Part shown: positions 25,265-39,625 of the stretch, piece by piece
Layout: each line of letters starts with the position of its first letter
Position numbering within the stretch: the first letter of the stretch is position 1
Assembly (NCBI RefSeq): GCF_947568905.1
Contig: NC_079170.1
Location: forward strand, 62,868,001-62,932,000
Source of the DNA: Ostrea edulis
Taxonomy: Eukaryota
Direction: 5' to 3'
Length of the DNA: 64,000 nucleotides
Position numbers and translations under genes: made by a program
The notes under the pieces: generated by a model
The model's database searches: none
Seen by the model: only the letters and a program-made list of their open reading frames with translations
Told to the model about the DNA's origin: nothing

Positions 25265-27689
25265 GGAAACCTCCCATTTAAATCCAGGAAATGATCCTGT
25301 GGTCACGTGATCCTAATTATATCCAGGAAATTATCCTGTGGTCACGTGTCTATTGATATGAAATGAGAAATCGGAATATTTTCAAATTTGATCCAAATTC
25401 GCAATATTCTGTACAGAGTGAAATAATAGTATTTTGAGTCAGTTTTCATAATACCAAAATTGAAACAGCTTACTAGCTATGAATGGAAAATAATACAAAA
25501 TACATTTACACGTGTACATAGATATAGGGTTGATATTTTGTTAAGAGTTGAGATATATGCAGAATGTGATATACTGAATCGCATTGACTGGATCAATAGA
25601 ACGAGGGAAACGCAATGCAGCAAATATCAACTATATTCATTTGTTGTATACAAGTCATTGATTTGTTTTATAAATCATATTAATGTATGTCTAATTCAAG
25701 GATTGGGAACACCTGGGGTGGTCTCCAATACGGCAACATTGTACAACATATACGTATTTAATATGATAGATTTTACCTGATAAATAATCATCCTGATGCA
25801 ACAGCATGAGATGAAGATACGCATTCATTGACCATTCTCGATAACAATTCATCAACGTGTTGCATTTTCAAGGCAGACTATGCATTAATTACGAGAGTAC
25901 GCTGTCATTGATTTCTGAATTTGATATCCACATAAACCTTGATTTGGAAACCACCTGTATTTTGAAAAAGAATATTTTCATACATATCATAAATTATTTG
26001 TTACTCTGCACACGTTCGTACATAGCGGAAATCGATATCATAGCATGCTCATTATGACAGTGAAAAATGTAGATATTTGTTCAATGCCCAGTCACAAAAG
26101 CTTGAGAAATATGCCTGAATCATTTAATTATGTCTTTATTCTTTACATGTTCGTTACATATGACTGTAAAGGAAACATTTGACAAATTGCTTTAATCGAT
26201 GGCTCCGATTCATCGGTAGTACAAGACTTTTATCAACCTGTTCAATTAGTTTTTGCAATTTATGATGTAAAAATGTCTTCTAAGTTGGATGTGTCATATA
26301 TCTGTGCAGCGAATATCAACTAGATTAAAATGATTCACATTTGATGTAAACATTTTCTACATGAGAATTTACTGAATAACGGTTCATAAAAATCACCTCA
26401 TTATGCACGTCTTTGGAATTTAATGAATATCTGGAAATAAACTTTCATCATGTCATCCTTTACCTCTTCATGTTTGTGATATTTTGTGTATGAGAGTCAC
26501 AAAAGATGTGCGCTGAACAACATCTAAACTGTAAACAAGTATGAGGAGGCAGTCTTCTTCTCTCTAGTCGGATTCAATGATTGAAAAAAGCCCAGTCACG
26601 TTCAAGAGCCACAAAACTATATTTATATCTACGATAATTATATCCACAAATTTGTCCCAAAAATGGAAACAAGAACTCATTTCTGTAATCCGCAGCATGG
26701 TTTTGATGTACATTCCATATGAAAGAATTAAGAAAGAAAACCATTGTGTGAATTTGTCATTTAATAAAACTAACAAATAAGTAGAAACTAAAATGGCATA
26801 TTACATAATGTTACATAACATTTGGCTGGGATTAAATCACATTTACTAATACTTACAATGTACAGGTTGATAGTTGCAGTTTAAATCAGGCTGTCTAGTC
26901 TTGTGACGCACAGTAGCCCAGCCAATAAAACAGGTAAAAATGTTTAAAACACTAAATATAGCAAAAACTTTCGTGAATATAATGGTTGGTAATGTACTTT
27001 CAAAATAGAACACCTTATTTACCTTAAATCCGCACCTTTACACCTTTACCATGATGTCCATGTAATCATTGAACACAAAAAACTAGAGATGGATATAGAA
27101 TGTCTCGAATGTAGGGTGTGTTGCTATCTATGCTTATAAATGACTTGCGTGTACTTGTTAACCTCAGTTTCATGAATATACTAGAACTTACAATGTTTCT
27201 CTCATAATGAGTATCACGATACCTTTGATGATGATATGCTTCATTGTTGATATTCTTCAAAATATCTACGATTCTGAACGCTGAATATAACTTCTAGAGT
27301 GTTATTGTATTATGTATTTTAGATTATCAATAATCTTACCATAATTATTATACTTTTCAACGATTTAGTCCGTCCAATTGATTAAGACCCCAATTGATTA
27401 AGTCCTTCCTGTTGATTAAGTCCTTCCAATATTGAATGTATATTCCATCGCACGTAATTTGCAGTGCAAACTTTTACAATTCCGAGTGTTTTGCGCCGTA
27501 CAACTAACCGATGTTGATGTTTTATGAAACCTGCACGAAAATTACGTACTTCTTAGAATATTTGATATTTGCAAATTCCATACAAAATACGCTATGTATA
27601 TCTAACGAAATTTATAATATAGAAATTTTGCCGATGAAGCAAAAATATAAATACTTCTATTTATCCATTATCAAATACAGGAAAAGTAT

Positions 27690-27808
27690 TGAATCACGAT
27701 TACACAAAATAAGACATCAGATACGATGGTGCCAATTCTGAAATAACTGAATCACGATTACACCAAATAAGACATCAGATACGATGGTGCCAATTCTGAA
27801 ATAACTGC
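27690..27808. repeat. Tandem duplication of about 58 bp
   Basis: tgaatcacgattacac(a/c)aaataagacatcagatacgatggtgccaattctgaaataac occurs twice. Confidence 0.9.
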
Positions 27809-27935
27809 ACATACAGTACTTTATAATTTTTTCCCTTGCTATAGATGATCGTTTTCTTTACAGTAGATAAATGATAACCTATTCCAATAATTTATTCTTC
27901 AAATACATCACCTTCACACTTTTATTCAGAAGCCA

Positions 27936-28205
27936 ATGAAAAGGTGAAGATAAGAAACGGTGATCAATGTTATAACTCGTATAAGGAATATGAAATACAT
28001 AGTTGGTCAAACACGGACCCCTGGACACACCGGAGGTGGGATCAGGTGCCTAAGAGCAGTAAGTATCCCCTGTCGACCGGTCACACCCGCCGTGAGCTCT
28101 ACATCTTGATCAGGTATAAATGGATTAATTCGTAATTAAAATCAGTGAGCCCAGAGCGGCCTAACTATTGATATGAAACAAGTCAGACAACATTTGACCC
28201 AATAA
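27936..28205 (-). mobile_element. 3' fragment of the Penelope-like family
   Basis: Reverse complement of the family 3' UTR (gtgggatcaggtgcctaag, cccctgtcgaccggtcacacccgccgtgagc). Confidence 0.8.
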
Positions 28206-29354
28206 CAGATAGATTAAGGACAATTAATCACCACGCGTTCTTCCTTTGGCGATATGGCGAAGACTATGCGTTATCAATCTTAATACACAAAGACGAATAT
28301 AAAATACTTGGAACAATCAATTTATTTGCTATGTTATCTAAGTGTATCACAGAAGTGTGTATGAACTATATTTACACATGATAGAACTTGGACGAGCATG
28401 ACAGACGCTGTAAGTTGATAGTTTGCTAAAACCAATACTGCACATAGTACTACATGGCACTTCAACATTCATGGACATTAATTTACACATGGCTCCATGG
28501 CGTTTATGTACAGAACAGTGCCTATGTCACAAACAATGTTTTATAATTGAATAAGGATGATTTAAACATGTATAACGTGTTATGAAAATCTGTGCTATTC
28601 TAATGACTACTCTCTCCCTCTCTCTGTCTTATATACAAAATCTCCAGATACATTAACTTGTTGACAAATATAGAACAGCTTTAATACCGTACATGTTGTG
28701 GCCTGTCAAGGCTCAGAATGTAAATCACTATACAAATATGTCACAAAGACACAAAGTAGAAATCTGTTCTTTATAAAGGGTCAAGGGAATAGAAAAACGC
28801 CTTGTCTAAATATATTTTCTCAACTGACAAACATACATGATTGAGACATGAAAAATAAAAATGGATTTGGTATGTTGTATAGCAGAGTGTCAAAGATTGC
28901 AGTGGCTTCAATATTGAGTACATGTCACAATACACCAAAGGCCATTCTTGAAAATCAGACATTTTGGGAATATTGACCGATTGTGTATGTTACTCTATGG
29001 GTAATCAATCATAACAATTAGAGAAAAGAAAATTAATTGATCATAGGTTGCCAATAATGTCTTAATATATTAACCTTTTATTCTAATGATATCGTGTTCT
29101 GGTTGAGGTTTTGTCAGATAAAAACATATGGCATTTTTGATTTATAGCAATGGCCATCAGCTCGCAGAGATTGAAGTTTTTCTACTGGAGAGAAATATAC
29201 TAAAAATTCAAGTATTATATAACACGTTAAACAATGAATAATTAAGCGACTATCACAGTGCAAATGTATGCAAATATTAAAACATTCAGATATGATGACA
29301 TATATTAGATTAATTTACAAATTATTTACAAAAGTTATATGGATTTCTTAAATG

Positions 29355-32300
29355 TCACAAATTCCTCACTGCATAGTGGCTACATTTGCACTTCAGGTTT
29401 GAAATCATTTCAAATTTCTGCAGAATTGGGCCCTGGTACAGTAAATGCACGCAAACCAGAAAGCGATGGTTGCTTATAAACGTATTTCTGATCCGGTCAC
29501 CAGAAATATGAAAAAGAGACAGAACTTGGCAATTGAAAAACCTCTCATTAAAAGCCAGAGGTATGAAATTCTGTGACAACCACAGCAAAATGGTATCAAA
29601 TGGGAGCTTGATATCGTTCTCGTTGTCCAGGTAGTCACTCAGCCAGTCTGCGGTCCCAGGTTGTTTATTTTGGCATATGGACATTGCTTCACTATCAATA
29701 TCTGGAAGAAGAAAATATTTTTATAAACACTGAACACAAGGCGTCGTAATACACTTCGAAGTAACAAACACATTCAATTGTGTTAAGAAGCAGAATGAAA
29801 GTGACATCATGTGTCATCAGGATAATGAAATTAATCAATTAATTAATTCTCATACCTCATCCATGTATCCCATATATTTCTGGTCATTGGTAAATGGGGA
29901 TCCTCCGACTATTAAGTTACAGTTTGTGGTTATGATTTTACCTGCAAAATGATAAAACTAAACTTGTAAAACCCCACAAAAAGCAGTACATCTATTCCAA
30001 CATAGTAACAGAAACAACGGAGACTGTACGCTATGAAATGACAGCATAACAACATACCATTTAATCCATTTGACTGGTAAAGAACCTCGTTGTTGACGAT
30101 AATTGTCAGCACTTTATCTTGTAGATACATTCTTACTCTATACCAATCATAGGGGTCCTGCAAGGAGATAAGATGATATCATTATTATCAGTGTTAAGCT
30201 TGACAGTAAAAATTTCAATAAGATATATTGGTATTATGGCAAATAGATTTAACACAGAGTATTGTTTACGACAATCCTTTGTGCGGCACGAATAAAGCGT
30301 TCAATGTTATCAAAAGTACAAAAACTGCTGTTTTATAAACAATTTGAATATACACGGTATCACCTACCCTCATCGGCTTTCTATAGATATCCAATGATTT
30401 TGATTCCGTCCTGAATGTAAACTGCATGGTCTCATTGTGTGGAAAGAAATTGATTTCAATGGAGGGTGGGTGTAGCTCTTCTCTCGCTGCATGTGATTCA
30501 CAACCGTTCGAAAACAGAGTGACTTTCTTTTTATTCTGAATGACTGGTTTAAAGTTGAAACTTATATAAATATTCCTTTCCAAACTATTTCCTTTAAATG
30601 ACTGTAGTTCAAACGGGGTGTACACAAACAGCATGGCCTTGTTCACAGCCCCCTTGGTGTACTTAAATCGCCTGCTGTGGATTTTCCTGCCAGATATATG
30701 TTTCCCGTCTTCATCTTTCAATTCTTTATCAAGGGTCATGTTCAAAAGAGTAACACATCGTTCGTTATCTGAGAAGAAAGAATAAAACTTTAGGTTAACA
30801 ATACATTTAAAACAGGTCAGTGAAGTATAAGAATACATTCAACAGTGGTAAGTCACAATGCATTGGATGAAGAGTCTAGTTAGAATCTTAACCTACTTTT
30901 GAATATAAAATATTGAAATAAATGACACAAGTGTCAATCTATTGGTGCAAATGCTGACCGCACCTGTCAGATCGCAAAACGGTGCATACATTTACTTACA
31001 AAAATAGCGAATGTCTCTTCGAGAAGAATTGTATTGACAACTTAAACTGATTTACAATCTAATACGTGAATGATAATGAATTTGAACAATCAAGTATAGA
31101 GTTTTGAAATTGACCTTAATTTCCCGTTTGGTTAGGTTAACAGCCAATTCTGTAAACCAATATATACATCTCTTAAGAAACGTGTATCACTCGGCAATAC
31201 TTCTATTTATAGCTAGATCCATTCGTTTTTTACGTGGAGATTTGGACTATTCTATTTGCGATAAATTTCATAGAATTAGAATAAAAAGAGGATACACAAA
31301 ATTATTTAAAGACAATTTTTGTCTTCATTTCAACGTACAAAGAAATTCAAACAGAAAAATGCGTAATCGAAACAGAAAGCAAGAAAGCAATACTCACATC
31401 GAAGAAAGCTTTTGGATGGTTTATTAACGGTTAAAATATCCTTCATGGGTTTGTTTGCATCCCAAACACATTTGCACTCTTTATCATCCCAAACCATTGA
31501 CTGCGACACACATGAATCGTCCACCCAAACGCCATTTATCAAACGTTTGAACATGTTTTTGTGTTTCTCATGTTTCATCACACCAGATTTGCAACAGGAG
31601 CAATTTTCAACAGCTTCCATCACAGGCCAGTCACAACGACACCTATCCTCCCGGAAGTGAAGACCAGCTGGACATTTTATGTAGTATCCGGAGAAAGCTC
31701 CAGTCAGATAATGATACTCGTTTCTGTTTACAGGATTCGCCCGAATGTTAGCTGAACACGCTGTAATAAGAAACAACCATGATTTTAGTACGGTGACATT
31801 ATTTATAATCTACAACGATCAAAGGATGGTCACCTTGTCAATAGAAAATACTTAGAAAATAACTTACGAGTGAATGTGGTTGTTGGTGGGCCATTTCCCT
31901 CTGATCCTACCGGGTCCGGTGAAGAGGAAAAAAACTGTAGGTCAGTGACTACGGACATTTCCGTTGTAGTTGTGAAAAAATCAAAACCGTCAGAAAATGG
32001 ATCCTGTGTAGACACCAGCACGGGAGACATTGGTGTGGTCGTGTACTTCTCCTGGAGCGTGTTGTCTGAAGCCGCTACCTGGTTATTTTCTGATTTTAGA
32101 AATTTTCCTTTTCCAGATTTCTTTGACTTGATTGATTTCTTGCTTATAGTTTTCATTGCCTTAGAAGTTGGTTGTATTTCGTTAAAAGATGGACTTGTTT
32201 GGTCAAAGGAATTTTTGCCGGTATCCTTAGAAGTGATGGTATTAGTAACAGCAAAGTCCTCACTGCCTGTACCGGAAACACGTGTTACATCTGATTGTCC

Positions 32301-32516
32301 TCCTTTTGTTTTAACCACGAGGTTGTTCCCGGTAGTGTGCACGGATGGAGAGGCGCTTCCCACACTAGTGTAGATGCTGTTTCCGATGCTGTTGGTGAGA
32401 GACTGGACCGATTCATCGGCTGATATAACACCTTCCAGCTTGGACAATGACGGCGCCGAGTCACCAAGCCATATGCATAACTGACACAGGAATATGTTTA
32501 GCAATTTTAATTGCAT
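29355..32516 (-). CDS. Secreted protein: low-complexity N-terminus + two reduced chitin-binding (CBM14-like) repeats + LamG/concanavalin A-like domain; Pif/BMSP/LamG3-like shell-matrix candidate, about 619 aa
   Basis: Exons 32516-31868, 31760-31398, 30768-30368, 30157-30058, 29701-29355, all phases consistent. Signal peptide MQLKLLNIFLCQLCIWLGDS. CPAGLHFREDRCRCDWP and CVSQSMVWDDKECKCVWD repeats. LamG-like ISFNFK, LFSNGC, PSIEI, WYRVRM, DYLDN. A possible non-coding upstream exon ends at 32812 (acceptor ttttacag just before the ATG). The family call is from motif recall; the end of the last exon is uncertain. Confidence 0.75.
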
Positions 32517-35500
32517 TTTCTGTAAAATAATAATATTGATAATAATAATGGAAATAAGAATAAAATCCCTTTGGTACTGAGACAGTATATGTCTCATAGT
32601 TATATATTTGAAAAAGTTTCTGTTTGACTACAATAATAATACATTGCATAACATTTTTGGTGTATGTTTATCTTGGAGATTGTCTCTTGCATAAAACAAT
32701 GCAACCAAAAATCCAAAATTTTTAAGATTTAACGCATTCAAATACATAACCTCAAAGCCCATTTAGAACGAATCGGTTTCAAGGAAAACAAACCTTTAAA
32801 TCAAATCTTACCTTTTATGTTGTGCAGCGATCCAAATTCTTAGCCAATGTAAGAGGAATGCTTCTATAAGAATAAGACAGACTAGATTTGGCAATGTTCA
32901 ACCTCGCAGATTAGGTAGATATATTAATCAAGAAGCAAGTCGCGGATGTTTTATATGTGTCTGAGTTGACAGCTAACGGTCATATCGCACGCTTGACTTC
33001 TTTCTCAATTTGCTCAGGTGTGACTTTTTTCGATTTTCGCACCGATCTTTGTTGTTTACCTGTCTTGATATTATTTAATCTTAATTATTCACAGGGGATA
33101 TGATTCGGACTATTTTGCATTTTTGATGTAATTTTTGTATTGACGCATTATGGACAGTTTTAGGATGATGTCTTGGAGGTTCGGTGATACCTATCTATTA
33201 TGTTTGGGCGTGACAATCACGATTTCATTACCAGATAGGAAATTTTCAACTTGGTCAAAATGCAACATTCCCAAAAATTAACATTTTATTTAAAACGCCT
33301 TTACATCCTGTAAAATATCTGAAATTGTTTTCAACCTCCAGTTGAACAAGTAAACACATACAAATGTAAATCTGATTTTTAAAACATTACATGTATATTA
33401 CGATGTTGCTAGAAGTGGACGAATGCAGAATTTACACCAAAATAATGATTTAAAAAGTTTTATTTGGCATATCATTTGCTTATAAAATCATCACTTACAC
33501 TGGAAACATTTAAAGACTTATAGAAGAGTGGAAAGAGGTTCCCCACGCATGGCGATAATTCATTGCTATAAGAACATCTGCAGTCCTTAAGATCAAAGCC
33601 TATCCATGCCGATCTTTAAGATTTAGAAGGATGCAATTTGAATAACTTGTCATCCAATAACCAATAGATAACATGTAAATATCGAATGATCGACACGATG
33701 AACGTATCCTATCCTGAGACACGCATGCATCTGTAGTTAGAAATGAATACGAAGAGAATGCACAAGTATCGTCCGATCGAAAATGAAACCAGGATTCCGT
33801 GTGATCTAGTACGATGCCAATGCAGGCGCATCAATTTTGTTTGGTGGTCCATGGAATTTTACTGCAAATACTAGCATTTCTGTTATAGCATATGAACATA
33901 TTTCATCTTTGTTTTCTTTTCTTTTTAAATGTAATTTCAAACATTAACGTGCATACGAATTACTGTATAAAAATATGCTAATGTCGACTATTGTTGGTGT
34001 TTAAGAGATGAATACAAAAATCATCATTTTTTGATATAATAATTGGCATTTTCAAACTTGCATCTTAAGGGCGTGTCACAATAAAATGTTGAAGAACTTT
34101 GTGAATTCCATCATATATGCAAATGAATTTAGCAAAAAATGACCAGCAAATAGAAAATAATTAATCTTAGAAAACGCACATCGGACAAATCGCATGATGC
34201 GCACCTAATGCTCTATGCATATATCAGAAATTCGGTATGTTTCTTCAAAAATCTACATAATTTTTAAATGTAAATATCTATAAAATTACTTTGATTGACA
34301 GTCCTTCGTTATTGTTTATATTCGTTTTTCCCAATTTGGTTGGAGGTCTTAGTATTTTTAAAAACAGAAATTAAGCCAATCATGCATTGGTCAAAAAGTG
34401 AAAGAAGAGGCATTTCTCAGTCTGAGTGACGTATCACAAACGTCATTTCTGAACAATCCTTTTTGTGCAGTTTCACATGAAATAAATGATTCTACGTAAT
34501 ATGCATTGAAAGAATAGAGATGACTGTGAATACATTAACTTCTTGATTATATTTCTCGTGATCTAATTGATGGCGTATACACTACATACAAAACAGTCGT
34601 AAATTCGAAGTATCGATTTACTCGTTCTGTGATTTCCAGTTTAAAACAAAATTTTATTTCATAGAAACGTGTCTCGGTTTGCAATTTATCAAGCTACTGT
34701 TTAAAAAAAAAAAAACCCACTATCAACACAGAATATAATGCATGGTTATCTATAAAAAGGTTAACTATATATTCATTAGCATAACATATATGATGCAAAA
34801 GAATAGCAAGATAATGATCCCTATTTCTATTGCTTTACACAAATACACTACATCCATAATATATGTAAAAAGGATTTTTCTTTTTGGTTCATTGGTGAAA
34901 ATTTGGGAAATGAATCAGAAATCAATCCATACGTCATGAAGGAGACCATGATGAATGTATGTATTTCAATGATTCCTTGTAATACGAGAATGAATGTAAG
35001 TTTAGTATTTGTAACCGTGTAACAAAACTCTGTTAACCGCTGTTTATTCATTTTATTCCACAAACTACAGAGCATCCTTGGCTTACAGCCTCACCTTGTC
35101 TGACGTACAACAAGTACGCCATGAAAGTAAATTCTTGATACTTTCGTAATTGATCTTGTTTTAAAGTCCTCACACTGCATTTGATGAAATGCAAAAGAAC
35201 TGCCAATTTTACAAGGAACGTTTTCTAAAATTAGAATTGTTTCAGCATTATGAAAATGACATTTCTATACGGATTTGGAATCTAAAAATATCAGTGTTAA
35301 CAATCTCCACCGAGATGGAGCGGGCAGTGCAATCACGACTTGTAGACAATCTCGATTGTCAGAACACTTCATCATCACATGTCTTTATGACCATACTGGC
35401 GAATTTGAGGTTTTCGTTAATTATTAACCCATTGCCATTAAATGATAATGCGCATGAATAATTAATTAGCGTATACACGCTGGGGTCATCCATGTCAACC

Positions 35501-35592
35501 GTTTTGTTTATTAAATTATACTTTCTTTTTGTCGCTTTGAATTAATAATTGTGTTCTATTTGACAGTTTTGTACTGACTTTGGGAACATCAT

Positions 35593-35595
<3 letters not shown>

Positions 35596-35646
<51 letters not shown>
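35596..35646. repeat. (CT)n microsatellite
   Basis: Directly visible. Confidence 0.97.
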
Positions 35647-35650
<4 letters not shown>

Positions 35651-38600
35651 CAATAATTGATTAATAATTAATCCTATATCGAAAGAAAATCTTTTATGTT
35701 AACGTACTTTTTATAGTGCAAAAATCACATTATTGTGATTATTTTCAAAACAGGTCGCATTTTACATTCAGAAATTTTTTGGATCTGTTGAGTTGTGATT
35801 CGTAAAACACTTAATTATTCGTCTATCGACATGTATTTTACAGAGCACAGAGCGGTATAAACCGGCGTTACTTTACATGTGAGGAATATCCATGAGATAC
35901 GCAGACACCCTTTTTCTGCCAATAGTAGTCATAATAAGTCATTTTGTTTATAAAGAAGGTGGAATCAAGGTGTGGCAAGTTCTCGTCATAATTGTGTTTC
36001 TCATCCGTAATTCGCAAACTAAAGGAGTAGCGAATATTACACATGCACAAAAATGTTTAATATTATATAACACGCGCGCCTATTCTGTAAATTCGTTTTC
36101 ATTGTCTTTGCTCTTGGTGGAGTTTATTCACTGAGATTAAAACTGTTCTGAAATTTCTTCATTCGAAAAAAGGTATCCCCAAAATCTAAAAATAACTTTC
36201 GATGTTCCTATTTTGAGTTGTGTTTTTTTTTTTAAATCTAATAAATGAAGGTAAAATTGCAATTACTTTGTATTGTCCTGACTTAATTGTGACTTGTGAC
36301 AGTCGACATCAATGTCAGGGAGGGACTAGTAGAACACACATCATCAGGATTTAATTTAATTCACTGATGTTGAAACTAAAACCAATTAATTTAACTTTAC
36401 TGATATCTTGGGATTTCTTGGTGAGAAGAAAATCCCATAAAAGTCAGAAAAACTGGCATTTCCTATTTCATGGTAATTTAAAACAAGGACAATCCATGAC
36501 CCGATTTGAGACTACTGCGAGCCTTACTAACAGTGTTTAATAGCTCTAAGAAAAATGTAATTTGTTTCTAAATGTAGAGTAGTCGTTGGTGAATTAAATC
36601 TGATTCCAATTGTTGAGATGCGGCAACCCGACAGGAAGGGAAACCTGTGTTTTATCTTTGTGGTTTACCGTTGGTATTACCACGGCTTCTCAAGGGGAAA
36701 ATATGAAAATCACCATCTATTTCAGCTCTACCTTTGTTGTACGCATTGGAACTGGTATCAGCTGTGCAGTTCCCGGTGATTAGTTACCCCTCGAAGGTTG
36801 AACTTGGACGTCGATAATTAATGAATCGGTTGTCTTTTGTTTCTAGAGGGTCACTTTAATTACTATGCGACGAGAATTCAAATTAAAACAGATTTCGAAG
36901 CCCCCATGGGAAGTATCGACCGACGAACAAAATCTACCTATGACAATATCATTCATCAGAAACAATAGACTTATGGTTTCTGAACAATGAATTCTATATC
37001 AAATTTGACGTAATTATAGATTCATCGGAATTAAAGTGACGTCGTTGACAGTTGGTGTACTGAGAACACGTAGATAGATTTGTGAGATATGCATCTTTAA
37101 AATGTCATTTCTGAACAATTTTCTTTTTCATCAAACGAAAATCTCTACACGACATATATCGACGGAATGATTAGATACGATTGGAGCTAGCGTTTTCAGA
37201 ACGTGTGAATCGCGCGTGCATGTGTGGTCAGTCTTTATGTATGTACATATATATGTACCCTGCTCTCCAGCCAGATGTATGGTAGCAGTGGACAGGGTGA
37301 TTTTTTGGGGAGAGTGGGTATGAAACATGTGGGTAAGGGGGTATACATGAAAGTCAGATATTTCCCTTTTATGTTAATACTTATATTTCATATTGGTGTA
37401 GTTCATAAAATATGACGCTATATTACATGCAATCCATACATACTGGTCCTGGTGCACAAAACATGTTCTGAGCATATTCCCCTTTCTCGCTTTGATTTTT
37501 CTCTCATGTGGGCTAAATCCGCACCAACCAAACCCCATCAGAGTACCGTGCGAGGGGATTTAAACAATCTGTACAATTAAGAACCCTGTCTGTCCTTCTT
37601 AAAAATCTACCTATTTTTCTAGGTCATCCACCTCCCCTCTCGGCTACAGACCTTTTGCTGGACCATGCACTTCTTCAGCAACTGACCACGTGTCTTAGTT
37701 TCGTATTTGCACCTATCTATATGCTAGGCATCGTGGTGACACCTACATGTTGCATATCATTTTTTTTTTCCATTAAGCACTCAGTTACAATTGACAGGTA
37801 TCCTAATATTATTGTATACATGTAATATCACATCAAATATGGAGTATTTTCATTTTTAAGAAGGTTGACAGGAGCCTGTGGTGCGAAACTGTCCCCTGCT
37901 ACCTAAAGCTCCCGCCATGCTTTGTAGACGACGAAAATGAAAAGCTAAACTTTAAACCGAGCGGAAGGACATGTTACATTTTCGTTTAAAACCATTTTCT
38001 ATAACGATTTCATAATTAATATATTAGTATAAATCGACTTCCTTCATTTTTCTATTGTACCAGACGTCTATTCTAATGGCTAGCGATTTCGACAGAATGA
38101 AAGTAGAATGTAAATTTCATTCATGAAGCGCGTTAACGTCTCAGTTCTTTTCAAAACATTCATTCATTTTGAAATTTATTCTATAAATATCCCATTCCTA
38201 GATTTTAGCGATTCTGACAAAGCGGCATAAAATGTTTCGATGAGAGATGAGAAACATATTCCTAATCCAGGGAATCCAGATTTTTAATCCTCACTCAATC
38301 ATATTTAACGGAAATGTGATTCATATCTTCAGTTGTGTCTGATGTGTAAAATAAACACGCAGTCCACAATTTAAACACGTGTATATCTATTTTTAGCGAT
38401 CTTCCTACTGATGACTAAACGAATTGGTTGACTAACATGAATTAAGTTTCTCCTTTCTTCTCCGGTCTTAGATATGATCAAATACATTTGCTCTCTTCGT
38501 AAACACTATATAGATCTTCCTTGAATGAGAGTGTTATTTTAATGTTCACCATCGATTTTCTACTATACAATTAGCAACGTGTACATACCAAATTTACTTT

Positions 38601-39405
38601 TATTGCTCGCTCTCGGAATTAATTAGGTTAAGAAAGAGATACATAAATCAATCTCAACGATTCAAAACTAAAAAAAGAATTTTTATTGATGTTTTAATGT
38701 ATTCTTCGTGTTGTTAAAAATTCAGGTTATGTATTTCTGACACAGTCATGGTTTTGTAGCAAACTCAGCAAGTAGGTGAAAAGTGAAGATAACGAACAGG
38801 GATCAATCTCACAATTCCTATATCCTTTCGACGGTCGGAGATTTGGAGGATTGTTCTTCTGAAAGGGAGGGTTTTGGAAAATAATTATCAAAAAAATTAT
38901 GAACCACTGTATCAATATACACTCTGCATCAAGGAAAAGTTTGATATTTTATGTTTAACATTCTACAGAATGAGCATTAGTGCCTAAAGGTGACCGCGTT
39001 GGGGTCACTACAACAAGAAGTATGCGTGAAAGACTTCTTTTTTCAGGGGGATTTTTTCTCTCCTTTCTAACTTCCGTTTCTTTTGTCAGCTTCTATTAAG
39101 TTTCCTCTTTCCTTTGCCGCCTAGACTGTGTGCGTGCCCGTTGAGTGGAACCTATATCAGCCCAATATTTTATTTTGAAGGGTATGGAAATCCGGGAAAT
39201 GCCCTCCTGAAATTCCTATGCTTGTCACGTGTTTGAGGATCTATAAAATTAGACAGAATAAAGGCAGAACGTTTTAATTTTAACAACGGAGAGGATGCTA
39301 CTCCCTCTAACGATCCAAATATGATATGATATCCCTCTCTCGGGACCAAGCGCTGGGGGTCACGATCTCTATTTCTGGTCATTACGCATTTTTTACGCTA
39401 AGACT

Positions 39406-39625
39406 GTGAAAAGGATAAAGAATACAAGTTATGAGTAGGGCAAACACGAACCACCGGACACACCAGAGGTAGGATCAGGTGCCTAGTAGCAGTAAGCATT
39501 TCCTATTGACCGATCACACCGTGAGCCCTATATCTCGATCTGGTAAACGGAGTAATCCGTTGTCAAAATTTGTATGTAAAGAATGGCCTAACAATTGGTA
39601 TGAAACACATTAGACAGCATTCGAC
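39406..39625 (-). mobile_element. 3' fragment of the Penelope-like family
   Basis: Reverse complement of the family 3' UTR (accagaggtaggatcaggtgcctag, ggtaaacggagtaatccgt). Confidence 0.75.

Noticed and set aside
25900-26800. Possible decayed coding sequence downstream of ITIH
   Set aside because: Stops in all frames and no motif I can assign.
31870-32373. 167-aa plus-strand ORF
   Set aside because: Antisense shadow of the Ser/Thr-rich exon of the minus-strand gene.
33000-39400. Hidden gene in the long intergenic stretch
   Set aside because: Several acceptor-like sites are followed by short frames, but none chain into a phase-consistent model or a recognisable domain.
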